From contig JBCCHT010000050.1 of assembly GCA_039028615.1 (NCBI GenBank), forward strand, positions 1 to 64,000: a stretch of 64,000 nucleotides of DNA, read 5' to 3'. Below the pieces are notes generated by a model, which saw only the letters and a program-made list of their open reading frames with translations, had not been told where the DNA came from and did no database searches. Positions 46,568 through 56,590 of the stretch are shown here, piece after piece. Numbering within the stretch: position 1 is the first letter of the stretch; every line of letters begins with the position of its first letter. Source of the DNA: Myxococcota bacterium. Its GTDB lineage: Bacteria > Myxococcota_A > Polyangia > Nannocystales > Nannocystaceae. Made by a program: the position numbers and the translations under genes.

Positions 46568-47659
46568 ATGCGGTGGATGGTTTCGCTCTCGGGTCTGGTG
46601 GTGGCGTGTTCCGTGGAGACGAACGATCCAGTGTTCGACCCCGCCGGGCTCGGCGATGACGACTCCACGGGGACGACCCCTAGCATCACCGCGGCGGCCG
46701 AGGGCTCCGCCACATCGGAAACCACGACCGCCCCGTCCTCCGGTGACGGAGTAGACGAAGGCTCGGGGGAGACGGACTCGATCCTCCTCGATGTCGGCAG
46801 CACGCTCGACCTCGACCCCGGAGGCAAGGGCGGTGGTGAGGGCTGCGAGAAGATCGACTTCCTGTTCGTCATCGACAACTCCAACTCCATGTCGGACGAG
46901 CAGGCCCAGCTCGTCGCGGCCTTTCCCGGCTTCGTCGATGCGATCGTCGACACCCTGCCCGATGCCACCGACTTCCACGTGGGCGTGACCCGAACCGACG
47001 TCCAAGGCTTCGACGATACGCCCACCCCCGACCCCAGCAATCCCTGCGCCTACGTCATGGGCGGGCTGCTCAGTCATGGGACCGAGCCGGACGACCACAG
47101 CGGGCTCGGCCCCGACTGCGGCTTTTCTTCGGGTGCCAACTACATGGTCAACTCCCCGTCGCTCACCGCCGAGTTCGAGTGCGTGGCCCCCGTGGGCACC
47201 CGCGGCAACACGGGCGAGCGACAAGCCGAGGCCACCCTCGCCGCGCTCTCGCCCGCCGCCGCCCAGGCCAGCGAGTGCAGCGAGGGCTTCCTGCGCAGCG
47301 ACGCGCTGCTGGTCGTGGTCGTCATCACCGACGAAGACGACGACTGGAGCGCCCCCGACACGAGCCCCGCCGTCGACGTGCAGGCCTGGACCGACGAGCT
47401 CACCGCCGCCAAGGGTGGGATCGAGAGCAACGTGGTGTTCCTGCTCATCTCCGGGGGCTCGCCGTCCTGGGACACCTGCGGGCCGCTCGACTTCGGCAGC
47501 ATGACCGGCGCCGACGACAGCCCCAAGCTCACCGCCTGGGCCCAGAACTTCAGCAACCACGTGCTGGGCAACGTCTGCGAGGCGGGCTACGAGGCCTATC
47601 TGCAGACCGCGATCTCCACCATCGAGACCGCCTGCATCGACTTCGAGCCCGAGGGTTGA
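46568..47659 (+). CDS. Myxobacterial vWA-like lipoprotein
   Basis: Lipobox VVAC; DFLFVIDNSNSM (MIDAS DxSxS); FLRSDALLVVVVITDEDD. Confidence 0.8.
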   Translation: MRWMVSLSGLVVACSVETNDPVFDPAGLGDDDSTGTTPSITAAAEGSATSETTTAPSSGDGVDEGSGETDSILLDVGSTLDLDPGGKGGGEGCEKIDFLFVIDNSNSMSDEQAQLVAAFPGFVDAIVDTLPDATDFHVGVTRTDVQGFDDTPTPDPSNPCAYVMGGLLSHGTEPDDHSGLGPDCGFSSGANYMVNSPSLTAEFECVAPVGTRGNTGERQAEATLAALSPAAAQASECSEGFLRSDALLVVVVITDEDDDWSAPDTSPAVDVQAWTDELTAAKGGIESNVVFLLISGGSPSWDTCGPLDFGSMTGADDSPKLTAWAQNFSNHVLGNVCEAGYEAYLQTAISTIETACIDFEPEG

Positions 47660-47744
47660 GGCGCTGATTCCGCTCCGCCCATGGAGTGCAAATCAGGCCG
47701 CGAAAGGCCGTAACAACGCCCCGGTCGATCCTGTTCTTTGGCCG

Positions 47745-49601
47745 ATGGCCTCGTCTCCGCGCTCCCGAGCATCCCTGGTCGCCGTCACCGGATTGTTGGC
47801 CCTGGCAACCTGCCAAGACGAGGGCCTGCCGCCGTGCAACGCGCCACATGGCGACTGCCCGGTCGCCAGCACCGAGACCTTCGTCGACCCCCTGGTGCAC
47901 GTGGGTCGAGCCGCCGGCCCCACCTTCATCGAGATCGTCGACGTCGTCACCCACGGCGACCTGGTGCTGGCGTGCACGGGCACCAAGGGCCTGACCATCT
48001 GGGACGCCTCGGGCGATGGCGCGCCCCGACTGCTGTCGGAGAAGATCGGTCCCACCCACCAGGGCCTGGCCAACGGCAGCTTTCCCCGCTGCCAGCACGT
48101 GTCCGTCGACCCCACGGGTACTCGGGTGGTGATCACCAACCGCGGCGACGAGATCCAGCCCACCCCGTGGCTGTGGGTCTACGACATCTCCGATCCGCGC
48201 AGCCCCGACGACATCGGCGGCTGGACCGACCTCAGCTCGATCGAAGGCGTGGTCTACAACGATGGCCTCGTCTACGCCGCCCTGCACGGCACGGGCGTGC
48301 TCGTCTACCGGGTGACCGAGGCGGGTGGAGTCGACATCCAGGGCGGCTACAAGGACGAGTTCTCCGACGCGTGGCAGCCTGCCCTGGCCGGCAACCACCT
48401 CTACGTGGCCGAGGGCGCGACGGGCCTGCGGATCTACGACGTCGAAAGCGGCGATCCAGAGCTGCTGTCCACTCTGCCGCTACCGGGCTCGAGCCGTGAC
48501 GTGATCGTCGAGGGTGACCGGGCCTATGTCGCCGACTCGGCCGGGATGGCGATCGTCGACATCAGCGATCCTCGCGACCCGCAGCTGCTCAGCCAGATCG
48601 ACTCCGACGGCACCTCGCTGGCGCTGGCCATGGGCGCGGACGATACGGTGGTGATGGCCGAGTGGGACCAGGTTCGCGGCTACGACGTCTCCGACCCGAC
48701 CGCGGTGGAGACCGTCTTCGCCGAGACCGTCCCCACCGACGACGAGTTCTCCCGCGTGCTCGCCATCGATGCCGACCGCGACCGTCGGCGGGTCTACGCG
48801 GGCGAGTGGCGCGGCCTTCAGGTGTTCGACCACGTGTCGGGAGGCCATGGCCCCGACATCTCGATCACGCCCAACGTGCTGCAGTACGGCCTGCTGACGG
48901 GAGGCGAGAGCGACTCGCGGGTGGTGGTCGTGCGCAACCGCGGCGACGTTCCCCTGACCGTGCACGACGTGGTCGGAGGCCCCGGCGTCACCGTGGACAC
49001 CGAGTGCTTCCAGGTCCCGCCGGGCGGGGCCACGGCCATCGAGGTCACCTTGCAGGTCAACGACCACGACCAGGTCGACACCGGCCTGAAGTTCTGCTCG
49101 GACGACCCAGACGAGAGCGAGCACGTCGTCTCGCTGTCGGCCAACGTGCCCGGCCTGGGCGTGGGCGACGAGGTGCCCGCGTTCGCCCTCCAAGATCTCG
49201 ACGGCAATACTTGGTCCACCGAGCAGCTACGCGGCAATATCGCGGTACTCGCGTATTTCGCCACCTTCTGACCCGTCTGCAGTCTGGAGTTTCCAGACCT
49301 CGAAACTCAGATCTGGCAGCGCTACGAGGACCAAGGGGTCGTCGTCTTGGGCATCGCCGGGGCGGGCCTGTTCGGCAACGAGACCTCCGCGACCCTGGCC
49401 GCCTTCGTCGAACAAACCGGAATCACGTTCCCGGTGCTTCGAGGGGATGCCTCGTACTTCGACTACGCCAACCCGGACGGGGCCATCTCCCCCTTCCCGC
49501 TGGACGTGATCATCGATCGAGAGGGGCGGATCCGCTACCTGCGCCACGAATTCGACGGAGACGCGATGACCTCTGAAATCGAGCGTCTGCTGGCCGAGTG
49601 A
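47745..49601 (+). CDS. Putative selenoprotein: LVIVD-repeat lipoprotein + Ig-like domain + thioredoxin-fold redoxin domain with UxxC
   Basis: In-frame TGA at 49269-49271 in context FATF-U-PVC; same frame stays open to 49601 and completes a TlpA/AhpC-TSA-like domain (ITFPVL, PFPLDVIIDREGRIRY). Confidence 0.85.
49282..49298 (+). promoter_or_regulatory. Candidate bacterial SECIS element
   Basis: Perfect 7-bp stem GUCUGGA/UCCAGAC with a GUU apical loop starting 18 nt after the UGA. Confidence 0.7.
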
Positions 49602-49800
49602 GCCCCGCAGGCCGCCCCACGGGCGGTGGATCGACCGGGGCCGTGATGCAAGCGACCACCGCGTGTGGAGTCTCGGAGCCGACGGGGGTCCCCGGAGGCC
49701 ATTGAGGCTGGCCCCAGGGCGGGCGGGGGTGATATCTCAAAACCCCGGCCGCGCCCCCTTACGGGTGCTTTGCCGGCCCCCACGGAGGAACCCGGCCCAC

Positions 49801-50958
49801 ATGTCCAGCGACTTCATCGTGTTCGGCAGCCCGCTCATCGGGCCAGAGGAGATCGAGGCGGTCACCGAGACCCTGCGCACCTGCTGGCTGGGCACGGGTC
49901 CCCGGACCAAAGAGTTCGAAGAGAAGATCGCCGAGTACACCGGGGCCAAGCACGCGATCGCGGTGTCCTCGTGCACCGCCGCCCTGCACCTGTCGCTGGT
50001 CGCCCTGGGCATCGGCCAAGGCGACGAGGTCATCACCACTCCGATGACCTTCGCCGCCACCGCCAACTCCGTCGCCCACACCGGGGCGACCCCCGTGTTC
50101 GTCGACTGCCAGCGCGACACCCTCAACCTCGATCCGGCCGGGGTCGAGGCGGCGATCACCGAGCGCACCAAGGCCATCCTCCCCGTGCACTTCGCGGGTC
50201 GGGCCCTCGACATGGACGCGCTCACGGCCATCGCCAAGAAGCACGACCTGCACCTCATCGAGGATGCCGCCCATGCGCTCGAGACCCGCTACAAGGGCAA
50301 GACCATCGGCCAGACCGGGGGCGACACCGCCTGCCTGAGCTTCTACGTCACCAAGAACATCACCACCGGTGAGGGTGGGATGCTGCTGACCAACGACGAC
50401 GAGATCGCTCGCAAGGCTCGGGTCTTGTCGCTGCACGGGCTGTCGGCCGACGCCTGGTCGCGCTTCAGCGACGCCGCGCCCAAGCACTACGAGGTCGTCG
50501 TTCCCGGCTACAAGTACAACCTCACCGACATTGCCTCCTCGCTCGGCCTCATTCAGCTCAGCCACATCGAACAGTGGCTGCCCAAACGCGACGCGCTGTG
50601 GGAGCGCTACAACGAGGCCTTCGCCGATCTGCCGCTCATCGTGCCCGCCCCGGTCGAGGCCGAGACCCGGCACGCCCGGCACCTGTACACGCTGCTGGTG
50701 ACGGACGACGCTCCCGTCGATCGCGATGGCTTCCGCGAGGGGCTGCACACCGAGGGCGTGGGCACGGGCATCCACTACGCGCCCCTGCACCGTCACCCCT
50801 ACTATCGCGACCGCTTCGGGCATACCGACGAGCAGTTCCCGAACGCGTCGTTCATCGGTTCGCGTACGTTCTCGCTGCCGCTGTCGCCCAAGGTGACCGA
50901 CGAGCAGGCGGACCGCATCATCGCCGCCGTCCGCAAGGTCGCCACGGGCGGCAAGTAG
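49801..50958 (+). CDS. DegT/DnrJ/EryC1/StrS family PLP-dependent aminotransferase
   Basis: SSCTAALHL, TFAATAN, IEDAAH, SFYVTKNITTGEGG, GYKYN. Confidence 0.93.
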   Translation: MSSDFIVFGSPLIGPEEIEAVTETLRTCWLGTGPRTKEFEEKIAEYTGAKHAIAVSSCTAALHLSLVALGIGQGDEVITTPMTFAATANSVAHTGATPVFVDCQRDTLNLDPAGVEAAITERTKAILPVHFAGRALDMDALTAIAKKHDLHLIEDAAHALETRYKGKTIGQTGGDTACLSFYVTKNITTGEGGMLLTNDDEIARKARVLSLHGLSADAWSRFSDAAPKHYEVVVPGYKYNLTDIASSLGLIQLSHIEQWLPKRDALWERYNEAFADLPLIVPAPVEAETRHARHLYTLLVTDDAPVDRDGFREGLHTEGVGTGIHYAPLHRHPYYRDRFGHTDEQFPNASFIGSRTFSLPLSPKVTDEQADRIIAAVRKVATGGK

Positions 50959-51146
50959 GGCCGTAGAGCCCCGAAGCCCGCGTTCGCGCGGGCGCGCGGT
51001 CGACCCGGCCTGCCACGCCGCCTCCGTGCAGGTCTCGCCGAGGCCGGCCTGCAATTGCCGCACGGCCATCGCCGTCGAGCCGAGCGCAATCCTCCGAAAG
51101 ATCAGCGATCGGCCCCCTGTGCTCGCTTCTTGCACATCGTCGGGGC

Positions 51147-51896
51147 ATGCGAACGTCGTGGTTTCGATTGTCGGTGCTGATCTTGGGCCTGTCCTCCGCG
51201 AGCTGTGGGGATTCCGAGGAGCTCGACCCCGCCGATGCCGAGCACGCGGACGCCATCTTGCTGGGCATGTGGGCCGACGACGTCGACATCGACGTCGGGG
51301 CGGAGGCCATCGTGTTCTCGAGCGACGGCGTTCCCAACCACGACGTGCTCGAGGCCTATGCCCTCTCCGATAGCTCCACCATCCAGGTCGTGGCGAGCGA
51401 CACCACCGTCAGCGTACCCGTGAGACCCGAGTACTCCAGCACCACCACCGCCACCGGCCTGGGGACCATCGGCTTCGCCATCAGCGGCGCGGTGTTCTTC
51501 AACCCCTACGAGGGCGACGGCGTGAGCGTGGCGGTGGACAACAACTTCGACGTGGGTGGCGTGCCCTTCATCGACGCCTGCAACGGGCACCCTCTACCGC
51601 CCAGCGGCGGGAGCTACCACTACCACGCCATTCCCTATTGCATCACCGACGTGGTCGACACCGCGGGTGCCCACTCCTCGCTCATCGGTGTGCTGCTCGA
51701 CGGCTTCCCCGTCTATGGACCCAACGGCGAGGGAGGCACCGCCCCCAGCGACCTCGACGAGTGCAGCGGCCACGACGGGGCGACGCCGGAGTTCCCCGAC
51801 AGCGTCTACCACTACCACCTCACCGAGACCTCGCCCTACAGCATCACCTGCTACCACGGGACCGTGGACGCAGGGGGCAACACCGGACGTCCGTGA
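51147..51896 (+). CDS. YHYH-domain lipoprotein
   Basis: Lipobox SASC; DACNGH...YHYH, DGFPVYG, LDECSGH...YHYH. Confidence 0.85.
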   Translation: MRTSWFRLSVLILGLSSASCGDSEELDPADAEHADAILLGMWADDVDIDVGAEAIVFSSDGVPNHDVLEAYALSDSSTIQVVASDTTVSVPVRPEYSSTTTATGLGTIGFAISGAVFFNPYEGDGVSVAVDNNFDVGGVPFIDACNGHPLPPSGGSYHYHAIPYCITDVVDTAGAHSSLIGVLLDGFPVYGPNGEGGTAPSDLDECSGHDGATPEFPDSVYHYHLTETSPYSITCYHGTVDAGGNTGRP

Positions 51897-51923
51897 GGGC
51901 GCTACCGAGACGCGAGCGACGGC

Positions 51924-52637
51924 TCAGCTACGCACGTAGGTCCCGAGCAGCTTGTCGGCGAAGGGGAACGTGACGTTGAAGTTCGCCTTCGTCATGTGCT
52001 CGAGCTGATGATGGTGGTGGTGATGCGCCCGCAGGGAAGCCAGCGCGCGGCTACGACCCCACCGGGTGCGATCGAGCATCGCCTGCGGCAGGTGATGCAG
52101 CGTATGGATCAGCTCGTAGAGCAAGAAGTAGCCCACCGCCGACACGAGGAACACGCCGGCCAGACCCGGTCCCCCGATGAGCCCGGCCGCAACCGCGATG
52201 GGTGAGGCGCCCGAGAAGATGATGATGAGCGTGTACCAGGGCATCATCACCAGCGACAGATCCTGCACCTGGCGAATCTCCTGGTGCTGCCCCGTAAACG
52301 CGCGGTGATGAATGATCGCGTGCTTTTTGTAGAGCACCCGCGGCTGCAGCGGCTGGTGCATGGGGTAGCGATGGGTGGCCCACTCGAAGACGTTGGCCAC
52401 GAGCCAGAACACGGGCATCGCCAGCCATAGCCACGCCGAGGTGCCCAGGGTCAGCCACACGCCCAGCGCGGCGATGAGCGACGCGATTCCGAACGTGCGG
52501 GTCAGGTGCACGGCCAGGGTGAACGAGGGCTCGATGTGCTCGTCACGCTTGCGAAGAACGCGCTCTCTCGACTGAGCGTCGCGCTCCTGCCCGGGCGCGA
52601 TTGGTTCTTCGAGGCCGCGTCGCGTGCCATCGAGCAT
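51924..52637 (-). CDS. Fatty acid hydroxylase / sterol desaturase family membrane protein
   Basis: His boxes HRYPMH, HAIIHH, HTLHH, HHHHHH; NFNVT...DKLLGT. Confidence 0.85.
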   Translation of the reverse strand: MLDGTRRGLEEPIAPGQERDAQSRERVLRKRDEHIEPSFTLAVHLTRTFGIASLIAALGVWLTLGTSAWLWLAMPVFWLVANVFEWATHRYPMHQPLQPRVLYKKHAIIHHRAFTGQHQEIRQVQDLSLVMMPWYTLIIIFSGASPIAVAAGLIGGPGLAGVFLVSAVGYFLLYELIHTLHHLPQAMLDRTRWGRSRALASLRAHHHHHHQLEHMTKANFNVTFPFADKLLGTYVRS

Positions 52638-52652
52638 GCATTCAGCATGACC

Positions 52653-52681
52653 TGCATACCCCCGACTGACCAGTCGTTCAA
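52653..52681 (-). promoter_or_regulatory. Sigma-70-like promoter with palindromic operator in the spacer
   Basis: Minus strand TTGAAC-N17-TATGCA; palindrome CGACTG-AC-CAGTCG at 52663-52676. Confidence 0.5.
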
Positions 52682-52737
52682 TCTAGGCAATCGTCCCACG
52701 AGCGGGACGGCGCGGGGGTCTGAAGCCCCCTCGGGAG

Positions 52738-53649
52738 CTAGGCCCCCGGGCGCGAGGTCATGGCCGCGGGTCGATGGCCGGCTTCATAGATCCGGCGTGG
52801 CGGCGGCTTGAGATCCCAGACCAGACCGACCCAGCTCATCGCGAGGAGGATGTAGTAGGTCATGTCGATCTCCCACCAGAAGAAGCCCTGACGGCAGGAG
52901 CTCATGGTGTGGTGGTGGTTGTTGTGCCAGCCCTCGCCCATCGTCAGCAGGGCGAGCACCCAGTTGTTGCGGCTGTCGTCGGTGGTCTCGTAGCGGCGCT
53001 TGCCCCAGATGTGGGCGAGCGAGTTGATGGTGAAGGTGCCGTGCCACAGCACCACCGTGCTGAAGAAGAACCCGATGAAGTAGCCCCACCAGCCCAGGAA
53101 GTACAGGCAGCCCAGGGCGAGGATGGTGGGCGGCAGCAGCCAGAAGCGATCGAGAAACACCAGCTCGGGATAGCGAGCGAAGTCTTTGATGCGCGCGGGG
53201 TCGAAGCCTTCGTTGTCGTCGAAGACCCACATGATCTGCGAGTGCCAAAAACCCCAGCGCACGGGCGAGTGCACGTCGCGATCGGTATCGGCATGGCGAT
53301 GGTGGTCGCGATGCTGGGCCGCCCACCACAGGGCGCCGCGCTGCGCCGAGCAGGTCGCCCCGAACGCGAACAAGAACTGCACGAAGCGGCTGGTCTTGAA
53401 GCTGCGGTGCGAGAAGTAGCGGTGGTAGCCCGCGGTGATGAAGAACATCCGCACCCAGTACAGGACCACGGCGAGGATCCACGCCGAGGCGGGTGCCCCC
53501 ATGAGGATGCCCGCGACCGCCCCACCGATGCCCGCCACGTGACAGGCACCGAACTTGGCCATCTCCGACCACTGGTACTCGCGAGCGGACATGGCGATGC
53601 GACCCCGGGCGCGGGGCGGTGGTGCAGGAGGTAGCTCGAAGAGCTTCAT
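52738..53649 (-). CDS. Acyl-CoA (delta-9-like) fatty acid desaturase
   Basis: His boxes HRYFSH, HRDHH and GEGWHNNHH. Confidence 0.92.
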   Translation of the reverse strand: MKLFELPPAPPPRARGRIAMSAREYQWSEMAKFGACHVAGIGGAVAGILMGAPASAWILAVVLYWVRMFFITAGYHRYFSHRSFKTSRFVQFLFAFGATCSAQRGALWWAAQHRDHHRHADTDRDVHSPVRWGFWHSQIMWVFDDNEGFDPARIKDFARYPELVFLDRFWLLPPTILALGCLYFLGWWGYFIGFFFSTVVLWHGTFTINSLAHIWGKRRYETTDDSRNNWVLALLTMGEGWHNNHHHTMSSCRQGFFWWEIDMTYYILLAMSWVGLVWDLKPPPRRIYEAGHRPAAMTSRPGA

Positions 53650-53815
53650 GAAATCGTCAGCCCAGGCTAGGGGTTCCCCCGGAGTTTAAAGCCGGTTGGG
53701 AGGGGAGAACACTGTGAAGTGGGAGTCCCCACCGATGCCCGACTTGTTCAAATCGAGAGAAGAATTTCCGAGATTTCATCCCCGGACCCACCTCCGTGAA
53801 AACTCACGGTTCGAC

Positions 53816-54715
53816 TCAGTAATACAGCGCCGCCATGGCATGCACGAGCATGAGCACCACGACCAAGACGGCCAAGGGGATGTGCATCAGCTGCCAATCG
53901 AAGATCCAGTGGTGGAGGCGACGCTCCTCCATGCACATGCGGATTTCCTGGATGATGCTCTCGATCTGGGTGACGAGCTCGTAGCGGGAGGGCTCGACGT
54001 TGGCCCGCAGGGCGTCGAGGGCCAGGCGCGCCTCGGACTCGCTGGCCAGGGACCCGGAAGCCTTGGAGCCGACCACGAAGGGCACGATCCGCGTGGCATA
54101 AAAGGACGCGATCGTCTCGAGATCGATGGCGTCCGCCTCGGCCCGCTCCTTGCTCGCGGGGGCCGACCCGACCTCGGGCAAGCCCGCCGCCCGCTCGGCC
54201 CGCGCCAGCTCGTGTGCCGCCTCGGGCTGCGGACCACACTCGGCGACCACCAGGTCGTGGACCCGCCGCCAGTGCCCCACCAGCAACGCGGGGAAGTAGC
54301 GATGGGGCGACTCGCGATGCAGGCGCGAGGTCATCAGCTTCGGGATGTTGACCTGGAGCACCGAGCCGACCAGGCCGCTGATGGTCAGCAGCACCAGACC
54401 GCCCAAGAGCGCGGAGGTCAGGACTCCGCCCCACTGAAAGCCGCAGTGCAGCAAACCCAACAGCAGCGCCAGCGCTCCCAGGGCGTTGTGTGAGGCATTC
54501 CACCAGCGGATGGGCCCCATCCGCAGCCTCAGCATGCGCTTGCGGGGGCCCAGCAGCCCGCACGCCAGCAGCAGCGATGCCGCCCCGATCCCGAGCCACA
54601 GGCTACGACCGGTCCCGCCTCGTACCGGGGACAGCAGGATCTCCCCGGCGACGGCGGCCGACCCTGCGATGCCGACCAGCCACCACCACGTGGCTCGCGA
54701 GGACATGCCCTTCAT
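53816..54715 (-). CDS. Membrane protein with conserved-looking His residues (possible heme b partner of the adjacent Fe-S protein)
   Basis: TM helices with His residues (WNASH, LLH, WQLMHIP, VH); starts 1 bp after the stop of the cNMP/Fe-S gene. Confidence 0.65.
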   Translation of the reverse strand: MKGMSSRATWWWLVGIAGSAAVAGEILLSPVRGGTGRSLWLGIGAASLLLACGLLGPRKRMLRLRMGPIRWWNASHNALGALALLLGLLHCGFQWGGVLTSALLGGLVLLTISGLVGSVLQVNIPKLMTSRLHRESPHRYFPALLVGHWRRVHDLVVAECGPQPEAAHELARAERAAGLPEVGSAPASKERAEADAIDLETIASFYATRIVPFVVGSKASGSLASESEARLALDALRANVEPSRYELVTQIESIIQEIRMCMEERRLHHWIFDWQLMHIPLAVLVVVLMLVHAMAALYY

Positions 54716-54716
54716 C

Positions 54717-56381
54717 TCAGGCCCCCTCCTTCACGCCGCTGCGCCCCTCGAAGAAGGTGCGACCGTCGACGCGCTGCGCCGCTCCGGCCCCGCAGGCATA
54801 CACGCACATCGGCGTGCCGTCGCCCACCGACGCGCACTGATCGCAGGTGACCGCCTTCTTCGCCTGACCTCGGCTCGCGATCTGGATCGCCTGGTAGGGG
54901 CACTGCTCGGAGCACAGCCCGCAGCCGATGCACCAGTCTTCGATCACGATCTCGTTGTCGAGGCCGCGGTGAATCGATCCCACCGGGCAGCCGATCATGC
55001 AGGTTGGGTCCACGCACTGGCGGCAGGTATCGGGGACGAGGAAGTTGCCGAAGCGGGGCCCCTGGCGAGTGAGACGCGGGATGCCCTGGTGGGTGTCGGC
55101 GCAGGCCCGCACGCAGTCGTTGCAGCGGGTGCAGGTGTCGAGGTCGATGAGCATGACCTTCTCGGCCCGGATCAACCCGAGGGCATCGGCGAGGCTCTCC
55201 ACCGCGAAGGGCGTGGCGGGTGAGGCCTGGCTCTCGCGACGTTGTCGGAGGAAGCGACGGGCATTGGCCGCGATCTCCGAGTAGCCCTCGACCATCTTGT
55301 CGACGGTGCGCTTGGGAATGCGGATCAGCTCGGCGCCGAAGCGCCCGACCATCCTCCGCGACTGCCCCACGTCCTTGCCCGTGGGCGAGTAGACCTGGCA
55401 GCGGAACTCGTGGACCCCATCTTTGAGCACCTCGCCGATGGCCAGCGACTCCCCGCGCGAGATGTAGCGAATGACCCGCCCGCCCGGCTTGCCGCGGGTC
55501 AGGGCCAGGGTGCCCGCCCGCACGAGATAGATGGCGTCCGCCTCGTCGCCGACGTCGAAGACCACCTCGCCCGCCTTGCACGAGATCATTTGGGCGTGGC
55601 GCCGCACGGTGGCCAGGGCGTCGACCGGCGCGCCTTCGAAGAGCGGGATGCCGGTCAGGGCGCTCTGCAGCGAGCGCTTGCGGAAGATCTCGTCGAGGGT
55701 CTGCTTGAAGCGCTCGTTCTCGAGGGCCATCTCGAGCACGTTGCGGACCATCTCGATGACGTAGCAATCCTCGATGGCCCGGATGCTGGCGCTGCGCGGG
55801 GTGTGGTTGAAGCAGCTCGTCTCCCCGAAGATCTCACCCTCGCGGAGGTAGGCCACCAGCGCCCCTTGGTCCTCGGCCTCCACCGTCACCGTGCCGCCCG
55901 CGGCTTCGATCTGCTTGCGCCTCGAACGACGAAAGAACAGGTCGCCCAAGCGCGTCAGCCCGGAGGGATTCTCGACAGCGGTGGGAGCGGCATCGGGGGC
56001 GATGAAGACCTCGGCCTTGCGCGGCAGCTCGCTGTTGCCCGCGAGCAGAAACCCCGCCTTGGTGGCCGAGTTGGAGTCGATCTCGCCTTCGTGCTCGACC
56101 CGAGCACCATCGTTGCCGAGCGGCGGCAGCTCGAGCGCCCGCACGTCGGCATCGCGGAGCAAGTAGAACGCGGTCCAGCCCGGCTCCCCTTGGCGAACGA
56201 TGAACTCTCCCGCCTGGTACTTGCGCACGACGGTCGCGCCCTGACCCAGCAACGAACGCAGCCGGCGATCGATGGAACGGGGGGCGCCCGCCAGCAATGG
56301 CGTGTGGCGGAGCTGCTCGGCCGTGAGCCGGATGTCGTCGTTGCGAACGCTCAGGCGATCCGGGTGCGCTTGCGTGGTCAT
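54717..56381 (-). CDS. Cyclic-nucleotide-binding (2x) + 4Fe-4S dicluster protein
   Basis: EIFGE...PRSASIRA cNMP motif; CTRCNDCVRAC, CRQCVDPTC, CIGCGLCSEQCP, CDQC...CVYAC. Confidence 0.85.
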   Translation of the reverse strand: MTTQAHPDRLSVRNDDIRLTAEQLRHTPLLAGAPRSIDRRLRSLLGQGATVVRKYQAGEFIVRQGEPGWTAFYLLRDADVRALELPPLGNDGARVEHEGEIDSNSATKAGFLLAGNSELPRKAEVFIAPDAAPTAVENPSGLTRLGDLFFRRSRRKQIEAAGGTVTVEAEDQGALVAYLREGEIFGETSCFNHTPRSASIRAIEDCYVIEMVRNVLEMALENERFKQTLDEIFRKRSLQSALTGIPLFEGAPVDALATVRRHAQMISCKAGEVVFDVGDEADAIYLVRAGTLALTRGKPGGRVIRYISRGESLAIGEVLKDGVHEFRCQVYSPTGKDVGQSRRMVGRFGAELIRIPKRTVDKMVEGYSEIAANARRFLRQRRESQASPATPFAVESLADALGLIRAEKVMLIDLDTCTRCNDCVRACADTHQGIPRLTRQGPRFGNFLVPDTCRQCVDPTCMIGCPVGSIHRGLDNEIVIEDWCIGCGLCSEQCPYQAIQIASRGQAKKAVTCDQCASVGDGTPMCVYACGAGAAQRVDGRTFFEGRSGVKEGA

Positions 56382-56590
56382 GGAGGGCGGGGGCGGCTGG
56401 GGATTTTCCCACCAAGGGCCGCGGCTCGACAATCAACGACATACCGCTCCTGTCGCCGTCGTGCACGGAAGCGACGCTTGTGTCGCTTTGTCGGGGCGCG
56501 GCTGGACCCCCACACGCCGCCAAGCCACGGATTTTCCTGGACTCGCGCCGTCCGGGGCCCGCCTGCACGGACCTTGCTCTGACGAAGGCC

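Noticed and set aside
49347..49601. Stand-alone 84-aa ORF
   Set aside because: It is the C-terminal half of a redoxin domain in frame with the upstream gene; better explained by Sec read-through
56563..56578. Sigma-54-like motif CTGCACGGACCTTGCT upstream of the DmsB/C gene
   Set aside because: Lacks the near-invariant GG at -24, so it is not called, although the rest matches
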